Shown in pieces: positions 40,401-52,958 of a stretch of 64,000 bases of DNA; the stretch's first letter is position 1, and every line of letters starts with the position of its first letter. The stretch lies in the NCBI GenBank assembly GCA_025201805.1, contig MU619259.1, positions 7,355 through 71,354 on the forward strand. The letters run 5' to 3'. A program made the translations under genes and the position numbers. Below the pieces are notes generated by a model. It saw only the letters and a program-made list of their open reading frames with translations, had not been told where the DNA came from and made no database searches. This DNA comes from Parasitella parasitica NRRL 2501 (taxonomy: Eukaryota > Fungi > Mucoromycota).

Positions 40401-43274
40401 ATAAGTACCCAAGCGTCATACCATAAACGTATACCATTTTCACATATGAAGAAGCTGGCAGCAAATATCTCGTTTGTCTGACTGAGATAATTCATCTTCG
40501 TCTGCAGACTTAACGACAGCACATTAAGTGGCGGCGTAATTTGATAGTCTGAAACAACTGAGCAATCTCCAGGGTTCTCCAGGCCCAAGTTCAATGAACA
40601 CCATGATAGATCATTCACTAATGGGTAGGGACGATTTAATTTCAACCAGCAAGGGCCCATTATTTCATTATCGACAAGAAAATGCTCAAGAGGAGGTGTG
40701 TTTGCACCAAAGATACGGCTAAATGTCTTGCCGCTCTGGCTTGTAAGGAATTCATAATCTTATGAAGGTTATCAGCAAGAGAATACAACTTTGTCTGTGT
40801 CCTAGACATATACCATTGTAGCTGTAATTCAGCTTTATGTAAGTGGCTTCCCTGGGCACCTGTTTTATACTAAATGCGTATTTCTTGTCGCAAATTGTCA
40901 TTTTATATGTCGATATTTTCTTGTGTTGAAGCATTGTTTGTAGTTCTTGTCGCACGTCTCGCAGCTCGACAGCCTCAGATGTGGGATTTCCTTCATCTAA
41001 AACGAAATGGCATGAGAATCAAGGCCTGATAATTTGCCTAATAGCATACCGTCTACTTTGAATTTTCTCGGGAGTATATACAATTCTCTCAAGATGTTCT
41101 TGACTCGGACACAGCAACTGATATATCTTTCGTTTCTTGTATCAAAATACTAAAAAAAACAAAGCAAAGCAAAGCAAAGCAAAGCAAAGCAAAAAAAAAA
41201 GCTCTGAATACAGAAAAAATAGCAAGAGGCTCAAACACTATACCTTTCCAAAGAGAAATACAACACCTTCTTGTTTCGAATCATGCGCATCATACCACCA
41301 TATGGACAAATCATCGCCAGCTGAAAAGAAATCCAAATCCAAACTGGGCATTGTTCTGATAAACTCATTATTGGCACCTAGACATAGGAGGGGAACATCA
41401 TCCAAAGGAAGAGCAGCAATTGCTTGAGTTTGAATGTCTTCCTCTCCCACTTCCATATCGTCGTCTTCAAAAGCCTGAACTGAATCACCCTCCTCAATCA
41501 CAGCATCACCGCTGTCCCAAGTGAAATCAGTGGGATCGTTTGTGTACGCAGAAACAGCAGTGTCGGTACCAAAGGCTCCTTCTGTTCTGAAAACGGGTTC
41601 GTCAATCTTATCCGATTCACTCAGAGTGTCAATTAGTTCCTCATCGATCAAATCATCTAACTCTTCCACTTGATCTACATCACTCAAGTTGTCAAATTCA
41701 TCCATTTTAAATAGTTCGTTGAATTTGTCCAATTTGTTTACTTGATCCAATCCGTCTGTATTAAAATCAAATCCTTCTTTAGCAGTATCCACAGAATCCA
41801 CAGACTCCACAGACTCCACAGCCATTCCATCAATTTCATCAGACTGCTCAAATGAAGATACAGTAGGATCTTGGATAACGTTCGTGTCTGGGCTCTTTGA
41901 GGTTTCCTTTGTTGAGAGTCCTTCTGATTCAGGCAGCGGCCGATTTGGGGTAAAGATTTCTAAAGCCTCTGATATGTCTAGTACATGTTGGTGTAAATCA
42001 TCCACCTCAACTTCCATCGCATGTCGCTGTAAATTATATGCTTCAACCTCAATTACATCCAATTGAAACTGTTGCAGTATAGATTCATCCATATCTAAAT
42101 GAGCCTTGTGCTGTTCATCCTTGTTTACTTCTGATCTCTCATTTTCATATGTTTCTATTTGCCCCTCTTGGTTCGCCTCAAGCAGCGCATCCTCACTCAC
42201 GTTTGGCTGAGCAACGGTATCCATACCGTAGGCTATCCCGCCGGAGGTTTCGGCTTGTTCAACCTGATCCACATCGAAGATAATGGCTTCTGCTTGAAAG
42301 TCATGATCGATTCTTTCAGGCGTAGTGCTCAAAGAAGTTGTAGTAGTGAAGTTTTCCTTGGCATCATAAAAATTGTCGTCAGTGGAGTCACTCGGTGAAC
42401 TTTTCACTGTATTGTTAGAATTGGCATTGTCATTGCCGTAAGCAGCTAAACTATCACGGGTATCCACAGATTGATCCTGCTCCAAGTCACCACTGTCACT
42501 ACGCAACTCAATACTATTATATTCTTGACTGTTGGTCGCACTGATCGCACTTGGGTTTACATCTTCGTCCTCATGCTCCGCAACAGTATCATCGAGTTCA
42601 TTGGTTTTCTCCCTTGAATCATTGTCATAAGTATTATGGTGTTTCAAATTTGGCAGTTGTGCGTCGACGTTTAGATCGGAAATCTTGTTCTTATTCTGAG
42701 CGCGGTCCATAACTTGTGTATCGACGGTAGTTGTAAATTCATGGTCAACATGCAAGGCTTGAGTTGAATAATTTTCTTCTGGTGACTCGATAATGGAACT
42801 GGAGTTTGGTTGCTGTTCAGGCGACTCTACTCGGACATTGACGTTATCCTGGGTGGTATATGTAAGCTCCAATGCTAGCTCTTGAGACAATGAGGATAAC
42901 GCTTTTTTTGGGGGTGTAAATCTGGAAGAAGACGTTGATTCGGTTATCAGATTATGCTCGTTTTTAAGCATGTCTGACCATACTAAATCTGAAAGACTTG
43001 GTGCGGCTTCACTTGTTGATTTCAACGATCCAATCCCTATGAATGAACATGCAAGTGAATTTTACGTTCAGATTCTGTTTTGACATAGCAAACCTTTTAA
43101 AAGTTCATTGAAAAAAAAAAGAGGATCATCTTTATCGTCCTCCCCTGTTGTCTATTTATCGTTGAGTCGTTACATAAATGAATAAATGCATTTCACTAGA
43201 TGATTTGTATACTATACATGCGTAGTTTTTGCTTTCTTTTTTGGGGTTTCACGGTTTTTTTCAGGGTTGACCAT
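37443..43274 (-). CDS. POL1: DNA polymerase alpha catalytic subunit-like protein (family B), divergent, multi-exon
   Basis: DFNSLYPSI, KLTANSMYGCLG, YGDTDS, LPLSKQLTNLAGNLW, RSERNEYLLLH, IMGPCWL and C-terminal Cys pairs. Exons trace in frame to an ATG at 43274 (MVNPEKNRETPKKKAK). Confidence 0.88.
41161..41191. repeat. (AAAGC)n microsatellite in a Pol alpha intron
   Basis: Read directly from the sequence. Confidence 0.9.
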
Positions 43275-43419
43275 TTTGAAATTAGTTACCAAGAATATGG
43301 TTTTATAATAAAAAGATGAAAGAGAGCAAGCCTCCAAAAAATAACTTGAGAATTTATTTGACAAGTAGAGAAATATGATTGAAAAATCAAAAGACCTGAC
43401 TGCTGGAACTGCCTATTGA

Positions 43420-44041
43420 CTATTGCGGTTTGGCCTGTGACGACTCTGAATGCATGTGAATCAATGGTCGTATCCCATCAAGGTAATGTGGGGACACAAA
43501 GTCGAGTATTTCTGCCTTTGTCAACCAAGCAAAGTCTACAACTTCCTCTCCATCAGGCTGGCATTGACCAAAAATCCATTTTGCTCGAACAAATTGAACC
43601 TAGACGCAATATTAGCTCATCTCCCACCTATCCAAAAGTTCAGCTTTTTTTTTTTTTTACTTTGGCACCAATGTACTTTTTGCTCCTCTTTTTGTTTGAC
43701 TCAATAAAGTCGGGAGGATAAGGGTATTGATAAATACTGAATGGTTCGTTTTCATCAATCAGCTCTACAACCAAATCTTCACCACATTCTTCAGACAGTT
43801 CTCTCAAAGCGCCTTGAGATACAGTTTCATTACGTTTCTTTTTCAAACCTCCTTGAGGGAACACCCAAGTATGCTCTTTTCTGGGCTTTTTGGTCAGCAA
43901 GTACACTCTCTGTTCAGGTTTTCTATGTAAATTATGTAAATCATCATCGGAGTTAGTGCCTTTTGTCACTATTTCGTTTGTCAAAGGATCTCGATATACA
44001 GCAATTCCTGCCACAGAACGATAATTTAAATTTGCAGCCAT
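43420..44041 (-). CDS. Nudix-fold protein related to mitochondrial ribosomal protein mL46, 2 exons
   Basis: LHRKPEQRVYLL...WVFPQGG...ETVSQGALRELSEECG...YQYPYP...GAK|VQFVRAKWIFG...DFAWLTKAEI, about 187 aa. Confidence 0.75.
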
Positions 44042-44679
44042 TTAAGAAAGCACTTGGGAAAGAAAATGTGTTTGTCAACTTGTATAGTATTCAAGGATTA
44101 CAATGTTCTGGAATATATAGGAATACGACGCAGTACTTGCATTGTTTGTTTTCAGTCCAAAGTAGAGTTATAAGCGGATCACCAATTACTACAACAATCT
44201 ATAAGGTTTGTTAACAGTACTAACACTCAATCAGATCAACAAAAAAAAGTCTGCATCTCTAGCAGTTACATCGTCATTTAGTAAATATTTCTTCTTTGTC
44301 TTGGAGGCAAACAATATGGAAATGTCGCTTTGATAAAGTATTATATCAAGCAATATTTCTTGAATTGACATTTTCTGAATAATATTACACATTTACACTG
44401 TTTATACCTCGTATTAAAATTCAAGAGATCAATATTTTTGGATTTTGAACCAGGGCCAAGAGAGCGTAACGCATTAATTTGAACAATCGACTATGCTAGA
44501 TAAATAAATATCGTTCTAGAGATATAATCCAAAAACATTTGCAACTTCAAAATTTTATGCAACCTTTAATATTTTCAGGTACGCTTCTATTATTGTTCCC
44601 AACAATCATAATTTACTCGCTTATTAAACTGAATTATCGCAACATACTATAAGCATATTATACGCTAAAAACTTCAAGG

Positions 44680-47150
44680 TGTCGCCTCAGTACTGTCAAA
44701 GAATGTGCATTTTTGGCGGTTTTTCTTTCCAGGACCACTGTACATGCTTTTTGGGTCACGCTGCTCAAAAGTGAAGCATCGGTTCCCTCTTATCTTTCTT
44801 TTTTTGGCAGTTATAACTGATGGAGACAAAGATCTGCGTGATATAGGTTTAGGTTGGACTACCTGTTGATGGCCCTTTGATGGGTATGTTGGATGTTGAT
44901 GAGCGAGGGAAATATATTTCTCAAACCAGGCAAAGAAACAGGAGAATTTATAACCACATCAGGCCTATTCTTAGGATTTACAGCGTTTTTTGCGGCAGCC
45001 AATTTTTGTTTTGCAATTTGTTAGAACAAGATTCGAATAACTCGAATCTTGTAAAAGTCAACTGGTATTTTGCCTTCAGGAAATGATTGATTTTGGATAT
45101 ATATGCTTTGACACTATTCCTTTGCCGTTTTCACAAAATCAGGTTTTGCTCTATTATGTACTGATCTGTGGGACTATGTTTAAGTCAAATATGTTTTAAG
45201 CTGTTGTAAAATAAAAACCAACTATTTATTGATATTAGTATATGAACAGAAAAGTAAATTGGTGTAGTTATTACCAAATTATATTCTGTTCAATGTTGGT
45301 TAAAAGCAAAGTGGTAGTGTATGGGAGAGAAAAGGGAAGGGTGAAAACTATGATAATTGTAGCTTATAAATGCATGTCAATACTTGGTAGTACCAAGTAT
45401 TAACGTAAAATTTGTGTTGCCACAAAACAGTACTGATTTCAGTTGGGTATATAGTGCCCAGAGCTTGTCTTGTTCATTTTTGGTATGAATGGGTGTAACC
45501 GAGTATTGGGTATTTTGCATGTACGCTAGATATTGATATGTAGACATTTTCTGTCTAGGAGCAGATACCATCGATAATGCACACAGCTGTGAAACGTCTT
45601 GAATTGTTGTAGAGGCAAATGGGTATAGAATCAGCATTAGAATCTTACGAGTTCATTTCCAAACGGTGTTTGATGAAATTAGGGACAGGGCAAATACCAA
45701 AAGTCTCGCCAACAGGAAATAAATGGATACTATTACCATCGGGGTCTGGTATGAGCATTTTACAGTCATTCCTAGTTCACTCTTTAAATGATTGATTACC
45801 TGGACCAGCCAGGAGTTATAATGGGTCTTTATGTACCACATTATAGCGATTAAGAGATCCAATCTATTTATTGAAGTTAGCGGATTCACTAAAATAGAAC
45901 ATGCATCAATATATATATATGATACTCACATCAGTATTATGTCTGAGACGATAATCAGTCAATGAGCAATCAGCAAGTCTTGGAGAAGCATTATACATTG
46001 AAAATTTTCTAATGATGTTTGTATCTACGCCTCCTTCCAAACTGTTTGTGCCACGAATACACCTATACACAGGTAATTTTAACCCAACAACGTATCGAAT
46101 GTGGTATAATGGAATGTCATCGGAGACATGGCCTCTACTAATAGCATCGAGGATCTTGCCAGCCTGCGCTCTACAAGCTTTGTCAAAAGCGGTAGCTCGG
46201 TTTTTGCACACTCAGTGCCTTCAAACTCTTAAAACAGTTTTTCTACAACTGACAACAAATCGCTTGGTCTAGGGATAACTCTGCGTACTCTCTTCGCAAT
46301 CCAAGCAGGGCTCTCCTTCATATGTTGTGCTCTGAAGTTTCAAAATATCTTCTACTCTTTTCTTGTCTTCAATACTTGACACAAACAGGGCAGCACTAAA
46401 CCGAGACATAAAAATTTTGTGAGCGCCATGCTTTTCAAAAATAGGTATCGAGTCTAGCAAATGGAAGGGGTCATTTAAAACAAGAGCTGGGGAGGTTGTG
46501 CCTTGCAATGATGGGATGTCTTCAATTTTTAGTTGAGTAAGCTTCAAGCACATATGGCTGAGACATGTAATGTTTTCTTCAACCTATTAGAGGTTAAGTT
46601 CTTATGATGGCACACTGGAGCAGTCAAATCAGACCTAAGGATCTTCGATAACTGAATTGTCACACAGTTTCTACAGTCTACATTGTCATCAGAACATCCG
46701 CTAGCTGTTTTCCACGACAAGTCTTTGGTGTGGCATGCACGTTGACAATAGTACGGTACTAACATTTGACTTTTGATTAATTGGATAGTCCTCATCTTTC
46801 CAAGCAAATATAGAGAAACATAAGCATATACAGTAGCAGCATATACTTTTTTTGATCTGTATCCAGGACAATAATTTCCCAATCACCACAGCGTACGCTA
46901 CCAGGTTTTGCTAGATATTTACCCAAAGCATCTTAAAGTGGCCGTTGCTTCAATTCATGTATCTACTTGCCAGGTCAAATAAAGACTTTTGGGTGGTACA
47001 AGGTTTTGTCAACAACACGACAGCCAGCTTCAAGCTTCAGCGAATCGTGCTTGTTGACACAGCGTCCCACTTCAATGACACAGGTTTCATAAATCAAGAG
47101 CTTCAATTAACCAAGTGTTTGATGGGTAGTATCAAAATGAAATAGGGAAA
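44680..47150 (-). mobile_element. Decayed transposase-like pseudogene (fungal DNA transposon, possibly MULE-related)
   Basis: Fragmented ORFs with VLNDPFHLLDSIPI..KHG, GHVSD and LPVYRCIRGTNSLEGGV.TNIIRKF..YNASPRLAD..L.DYRLRHN, plus many stops and frameshifts. The boundaries are approximate. Confidence 0.65.
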
Positions 47151-48491
47151 ATATATTTGTTGAATACAGTTTGTATTAAGGATATTTTCTGTTGGAACGA
47201 AGCTTTGTTGATGTACTTTGTTGTCCACTCGCAATCAAAGCCTACATATATATTGACATTATGTGGCAACTGACGTCTGAAGACTAGTGACTAATCAGTC
47301 ATGAGGCCATGGTATGAATCTGCGCGACAGATTGTAGCTATAGAGTAGAGACTATATCAGCAATACTAGCTTTCTACCTCCTGGTTAATATGCCTGACTT
47401 TTTTTTTAAACAAAGAAATCCGTCGCTCAAGACTCGGGTGTAGAATATACCCACAAGGCTATTTCTTCATCATCTCCAGAAAATGTACTTCCAAATAGAA
47501 TAACGACTTTGTTAGGGCAAGAACCATCGATACGAATAACCTCAAATTAGTTGCAAAGGACAAAAAGAGCTGCAAACATAGAGTTACCTATATGCTTTTT
47601 TCTTTTTAATGATTTTCATCAACTATGAATCAATGTTTGCCTTCTGATTCTCCATGTAACGAAGCATAAGCATGACCAATATATACAGCTAAAGGCACAC
47701 AGCTAGAGAATCCTTTAGAATCTTCCGATTCTGAGAGTTGGGCTACATGGTGCGAAACTGACCTGAAAAACGAATTTTTGTGTTCAAGGCAAGCATGAAG
47801 ATATTGAAATTGAAGATTGTCACGTCGTAAGCCAGAATCTCCCTAAGAATGTCATGAATTCTACCAGGACCCAAAAGAGTTTTGCATTAATAAATATACC
47901 AAATTGATTAAAAGAATCCGCTGGGCCAGACTTCAATGTAAGCAAGGTCGGAAAGTTGTTTTGCACATGAAGAGGTAGCTGACTAATGATGCACATGAAA
48001 CGAGATATTGGAATTGAAAGAAGTTACTCAACACCATATGGAATCAATTAATGCATTAAATAGCTAGTATGTAGATAATTACTCTAGTCCATTACTTGGA
48101 GAACTTTAGATATAGAGTCTTTCACATTAAGATGTCCGTTGGATAAAATACTCAATTGCAAACTTCAGGATAATGGCCAATGCTGCAAAAAATACGCATA
48201 TACGTACAAAAGAAGAAAATGTCTCCTACGACCTGCTAGCACTGAAGCCATGGCGATCACTGTAATCGAAGATATTACGTGGACGTTCTATCTTTTGAAA
48301 CTCTGACACAATCCATCTACAGGCTTTACATGGATCGCGAGACTTTAATTGATGACTTGGTAAAGGAGGGCCATGCTCATAGAACAGACGCATCGAAAGC
48401 ACACGCTGTTGGAGATATCATTAAGATCAGTGCCACTACTCATCAATAGTAAAGATTTATTGAGGTAAGAATACTAATTTTATCAGTTGAT

Positions 48492-49513
48492 TTATACAAG
48501 TTTCTTTGCCATAAAGAAGTTCTTAAAGTAATGCATCTGCCAAAAGCAAACAACACCAAGCACAATAAGCTGAGTAATTGTCCACCAAACGACACGAGAG
48601 TTTGTAAGTTCAGATTGATCACGGAAATCCTTTTCACGTTCCTGATTCGTATTTGGTTAATATCATGCTGCTTATCCTGCTTCAAGCCTGTTCAAATAAC
48701 ACAAAAACATACACCCACACCCACACCCACACATACACACACGCACACACACAGAGACACAGGCACACATTTCCTGTTGGCACTTACACGTTGAGCATTT
48801 TGCTCAATTTGAATATCTTCAACACGTTCATTCAGTTCATGTACTCGCTTCACCAAATCTACATATGAAACTGATTGGTACATACTCAAACCAATCATTC
48901 ACAAACCAACTTACCAGAAACACCTTCTGCATTGTGATCGTGGTGGTCAGTTGGGTCATCAAAATCCATGTCAAGTGTGATTCTCTAAGAAAAGCTGTCA
49001 AAATACGACATACATTTCAATTTGGTTTGCTTTTCTTACAGTTTTTGAGCTATCGAACCAGGAATTGGAGGACGCAGAGAGACAAATGGAATGGTCGCCA
49101 GACTCAGTAGAAGTAAATGTAAAGCGGCCAGACGATTTGCTTTTGGTATCAACAATTTTATGACCTTGTGGAAGTTCCTGAGCACGCATTTTAAGTACCA
49201 CGCTGTATTGTCTAAACTAGGGAACTCACCTCAACAGTAATTTCAATCTTCAAATCAGTGTTCTCCATCCATGTGTCTTGGGCAGCAGAGTATTGTTCAG
49301 ATTTATAGATACCTAGTATTTTTAAAAGACACAGTTAGCCCGAATTGCAAATCCAAATTTTAGTGCAAAACTGTTACCAATAACCATGGTCTCTTTTGGT
49401 AAATCTTCGATAAAGCATTTTTTCTCGGAGCCTTCCAAATAGAAATACAATGCCTGTGTTCCAGCTAAATAGGCAGCAAGCAAAACCAGTGTCGAAAGAC
49501 GAAAGAAAGCCAT
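48492..49513 (-). CDS. p24/emp24/GOLD family cargo receptor (p24-alpha, ERP1/TMED9-like)
   Basis: Signal peptide, [53 protein letters not shown] and C-terminal FFMAKKLV*. Confidence 0.93.
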
Positions 49514-49700
49514 CTTTTATAACGCGTTATTCTCTCAAGTGAAAAAAGAGAGAAGAAGAGAAAACGGAGCTCTACAACCGTAATATACGGGTACATACAT
49601 GCACACGTTGAGCCAATGAAAGATTTGGGGCCAAACGGACTTGTAGGGATGATTTTTTTTTTTTGCTCTTCGTCCCTTGTTCCAACCTCCACATTCAAAA

Positions 49701-52642
49701 ATGAGTGCTTCAAGTCCAGGTAAGTTGATTGTCTGTGGATGGGTTTAGCGTGTGTGGTACTAGGATAAAAGATGTAGAGGAGCAAGCCGTTGATGATGAC
49801 TTTCAACTGACAGCAGACGAAGAAATGCTGGAAGGGGTGGATGTGGATAATGTCGATGGACTATTGGAAAACGAACTGCGAGGGCTACACGCAGGTTAGG
49901 CAGGCTAAACACAACGAGACAAGCTGTTTGTCAATCAATTTACCATCATTCATTTAGATAGACCAAGGCACTTTATCAAAAAGAAACTCTTTGCCAACAA
50001 AAGAATCATCCCTACTATCAGAAAGTTTGGACTCTCATCGCCTCTATTCAAAGTGATCTTCAAGATTTTAATGAAACAGACGCTCAGTAAGCACTGTCTT
50101 GCAATTGCAATTTGCACAACAATGTACTAACCGTCTGAAAATAACAGCAATGGGAGAAACAAAAGTTTTAGTGCAGTGCCTACTGCCCAGAAAAAACATT
50201 TCCGAAGATTATATTGTGCTTATTATTGCTAGCCTAAGTCGTAAAGACAAGAACATCGCCATGACAGTCAGTATAAAGTATGTTGCCAATCATCAGTATA
50301 GTAAACTGAATATGTGTACGTGTACGTGTACGTGTACGTGTAGAGCGAAATGTTGAGGTGGGCAATCTCAGTATACGACGTGATCAGTGTAAAAACAAAG
50401 ATCCAAAAGCTGTACATGGTGCTATTCCACAGTTTATGCCAGGAAAGTGTCAGGTAAATGATGCTAGACACAACTCGAAAAGTCGACTCATCTCTGCAAC
50501 GTGTAGAGGTTCCGTCTGCCATTTGCTTTATTTCCTCACAAAACGAGAGCACGTTACACCCTACCGAGTAAGACGCTTGACAGAACTAATCCAGAATGAA
50601 AAGAGCAGCCCAGAATTAATTGGCTTGTTGATGGTGTATCAAACCTATGATATTACGATTACTGTGCCTCATAACGTTCGACTAGTCAATGCCTTTGTCT
50701 TCAAAGTAAGCTCTCTTTTCATGTGGCGTGGTGCAAACTGAAAGCCATACTTACGCAAACCCTCTTTAAATAGACGCCTTTTCCTGACCTGAAGAATCAT
50801 TTGACCAACGTTAGACAATTATGGAATGTCGAATCTGATGACTCCATCAAAGATCGCAAAGCAGAATTCCAGCTACCGACAAAGGCAAAAGCCAAGAAAT
50901 CGAAATCAAAAGCTGTTCCAGAGGTAAAAGAAAAGAATCGACTCGAACTGCATCTTTGTTCTAAAAATCGTGTAGGAACCTGTCCGCGAACTGGGCGAGC
51001 TTGATATCACTCTTATTGCTAATGATGTCGAAAAATTGGACCTTCCAGAACAATTAAGCTCCGTATTAGAGGATCGAAGGCTTCAGCATGCTTTGCTTTG
51101 CAAGCGAAACGATGTTGTCATTGACCGACTGAGCCATTGGCTTGTACAAAAGGTGATGGATCTAGCTCTTTGGGCTAATGAAAAGGATGTCATGAAGTCC
51201 GAGTTGCATGAGATGCTAAGAAAGCTGGTTAAATTCACTCGATTCACAAAGGTAAGTAAGCATTTGCAGGGCTTTGGGTAGATTGACACTTTGAAAATCT
51301 CATTCGCAATAGTCGCAACTCCCAGTAATTGAACACTTTTTATTTGAATACCTCAAGACCTGGAACGGTTTCGAGTTTGAAGATGAAGTTTTCGAGTTGA
51401 TCACGTATATCAAACCTACCAACTTTAGGAATTTTTACAATTTGGTACTCATGCGTCTCTATCGATTGTTTGTTGTATCCGATGCAAAATGGAAAGCAAA
51501 ACTGATACTCTGCTATACGGACTTGTTAAATAATTGGGCTTTACTCAACTGGAATCGACATGCAATGTTGAGTAAAAAGGGGGAATCCAGCATCGATCAT
51601 GTGTAAGTTGAATCAGAAAGCAGCTTGAATGTGCCTGACACTGCGTCTCTAGCACAACCGCCTTTGGTGTTTTATCATTCGATGTCAATTACTTCAACAC
51701 AATCCAAAAGCTAGTTGAACATGTAGATCGAATGTGCGTTATGGGGTTATTAGCAGAGGACGATCATCCACTGCTGCAGCATGCAGGCCTCACATTTTTC
51801 GAACTCGTCTCCAAAATTTCTGTGCAAGACAACATACCCGATGTGATTATACCTGCAGCCACGTTTGTCCACCGTAATTTTTATTCCTCCTCTGCAATGG
51901 CAGTGAGCAGAGTTTGTGGTATATTGTATCAATATAAGATTGCTTTTGAAGAGAACGACAAAAAAACCGAAGATTGGATGTCCAAACACACGCCTGAATA
52001 CCTAAACCATTTTAACACATATCTGATGGATGTCTGCAACTCTTTGTGGAAAAATATAGGGTTAAGCAAGGTAAAAAATGAGGCAAACGCATTCTCGCTT
52101 ACAAGGTATGAGAGAATATATTATTTTTCACATTGGTCGCTGATTTCATACATGTATATATAAAAGACAAAATATCCTTGATTTTCAACGCATCTGTGAA
52201 GAAAGAGGCATGGATGTCAGCAAATTACTATCCATCACACATTCGGCTGCTCTGGCAGCGTTTTCAAAACGATTTATGACGGTAAGGGGTAGCTGATGTC
52301 GAGATATTCCAATGTTAAACAGACGCTCTTCTAGCAACTAGAAAACGATGAAAAATCAAGTATAATTCATGATCAACCTGTTACATCCGTGTATTTAAGA
52401 CAGATTGAAGAGGTAACAAACACCCCTTTTTTTTTTTCGTTATCTGCTTTTGCCCTCTAACTTTATCAACATTGTAGAATGGAGGTGTCTCTTTGAGCTA
52501 TTTAGATTACAAAGCGGAATATCTAAATTATCTAAATCAACTAGGCTTTACAGGCATTCGTGATCTCTTGTATGGCTGCATGTCATCCTTGATTCACTTG
52601 AAAGAAAGGGACGCATCTTCATTTAGTCAATCAAGCACTTAA
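49701..52642 (+). CDS. mis6: Centromere protein I (CENP-I/Mis6/Ctf3), many exons
   Basis: CLLPRKNISED, WAISVYD, VCHLLYFLTKREHVTPYRVRRL, LPEQLSSVLEDR..QH, YLKTWNG and RVCGILYQYK match my recollection of the Mis6 family. Confidence 0.8.
50313..50342. repeat. (GTGTAC)n repeat at the 3' end of a CENP-I intron
   Basis: Read directly from the sequence. Confidence 0.85.
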
Positions 52643-52958
52643 TGTTCCACACCCACTTGTCAAATAACACAAAAACTGTAAAATTTCGTATATAATTGGC
52701 TGCTCATAGCTTGAATAAAAAGGAAGCTATACTCGTGCTAATTGCCCCTCTTTAAAAAAGGCTATTTTCTTCTTTCCTCTTTTCTTTCTTTTTCTTTTTT
52801 TTCTTTACACTACTTGGTAGACATATTCACTTTAGATTTTTTAATTTTAATACAGTAATAATGTAAATATAATATATTTGTGTTGGAATCAGAGACATGT
52901 TATTAATCTAGAGCCCCGACCTTTTTTTTTTTTCCATAAAAACAATACAGAAATAATA

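Noticed and set aside
52175-52182. ATATCCTT, resembling a U12-type 5' splice site
   Set aside because: It lies in an open CENP-I exon (QNILDF) flanked by ordinary GT-AG introns.
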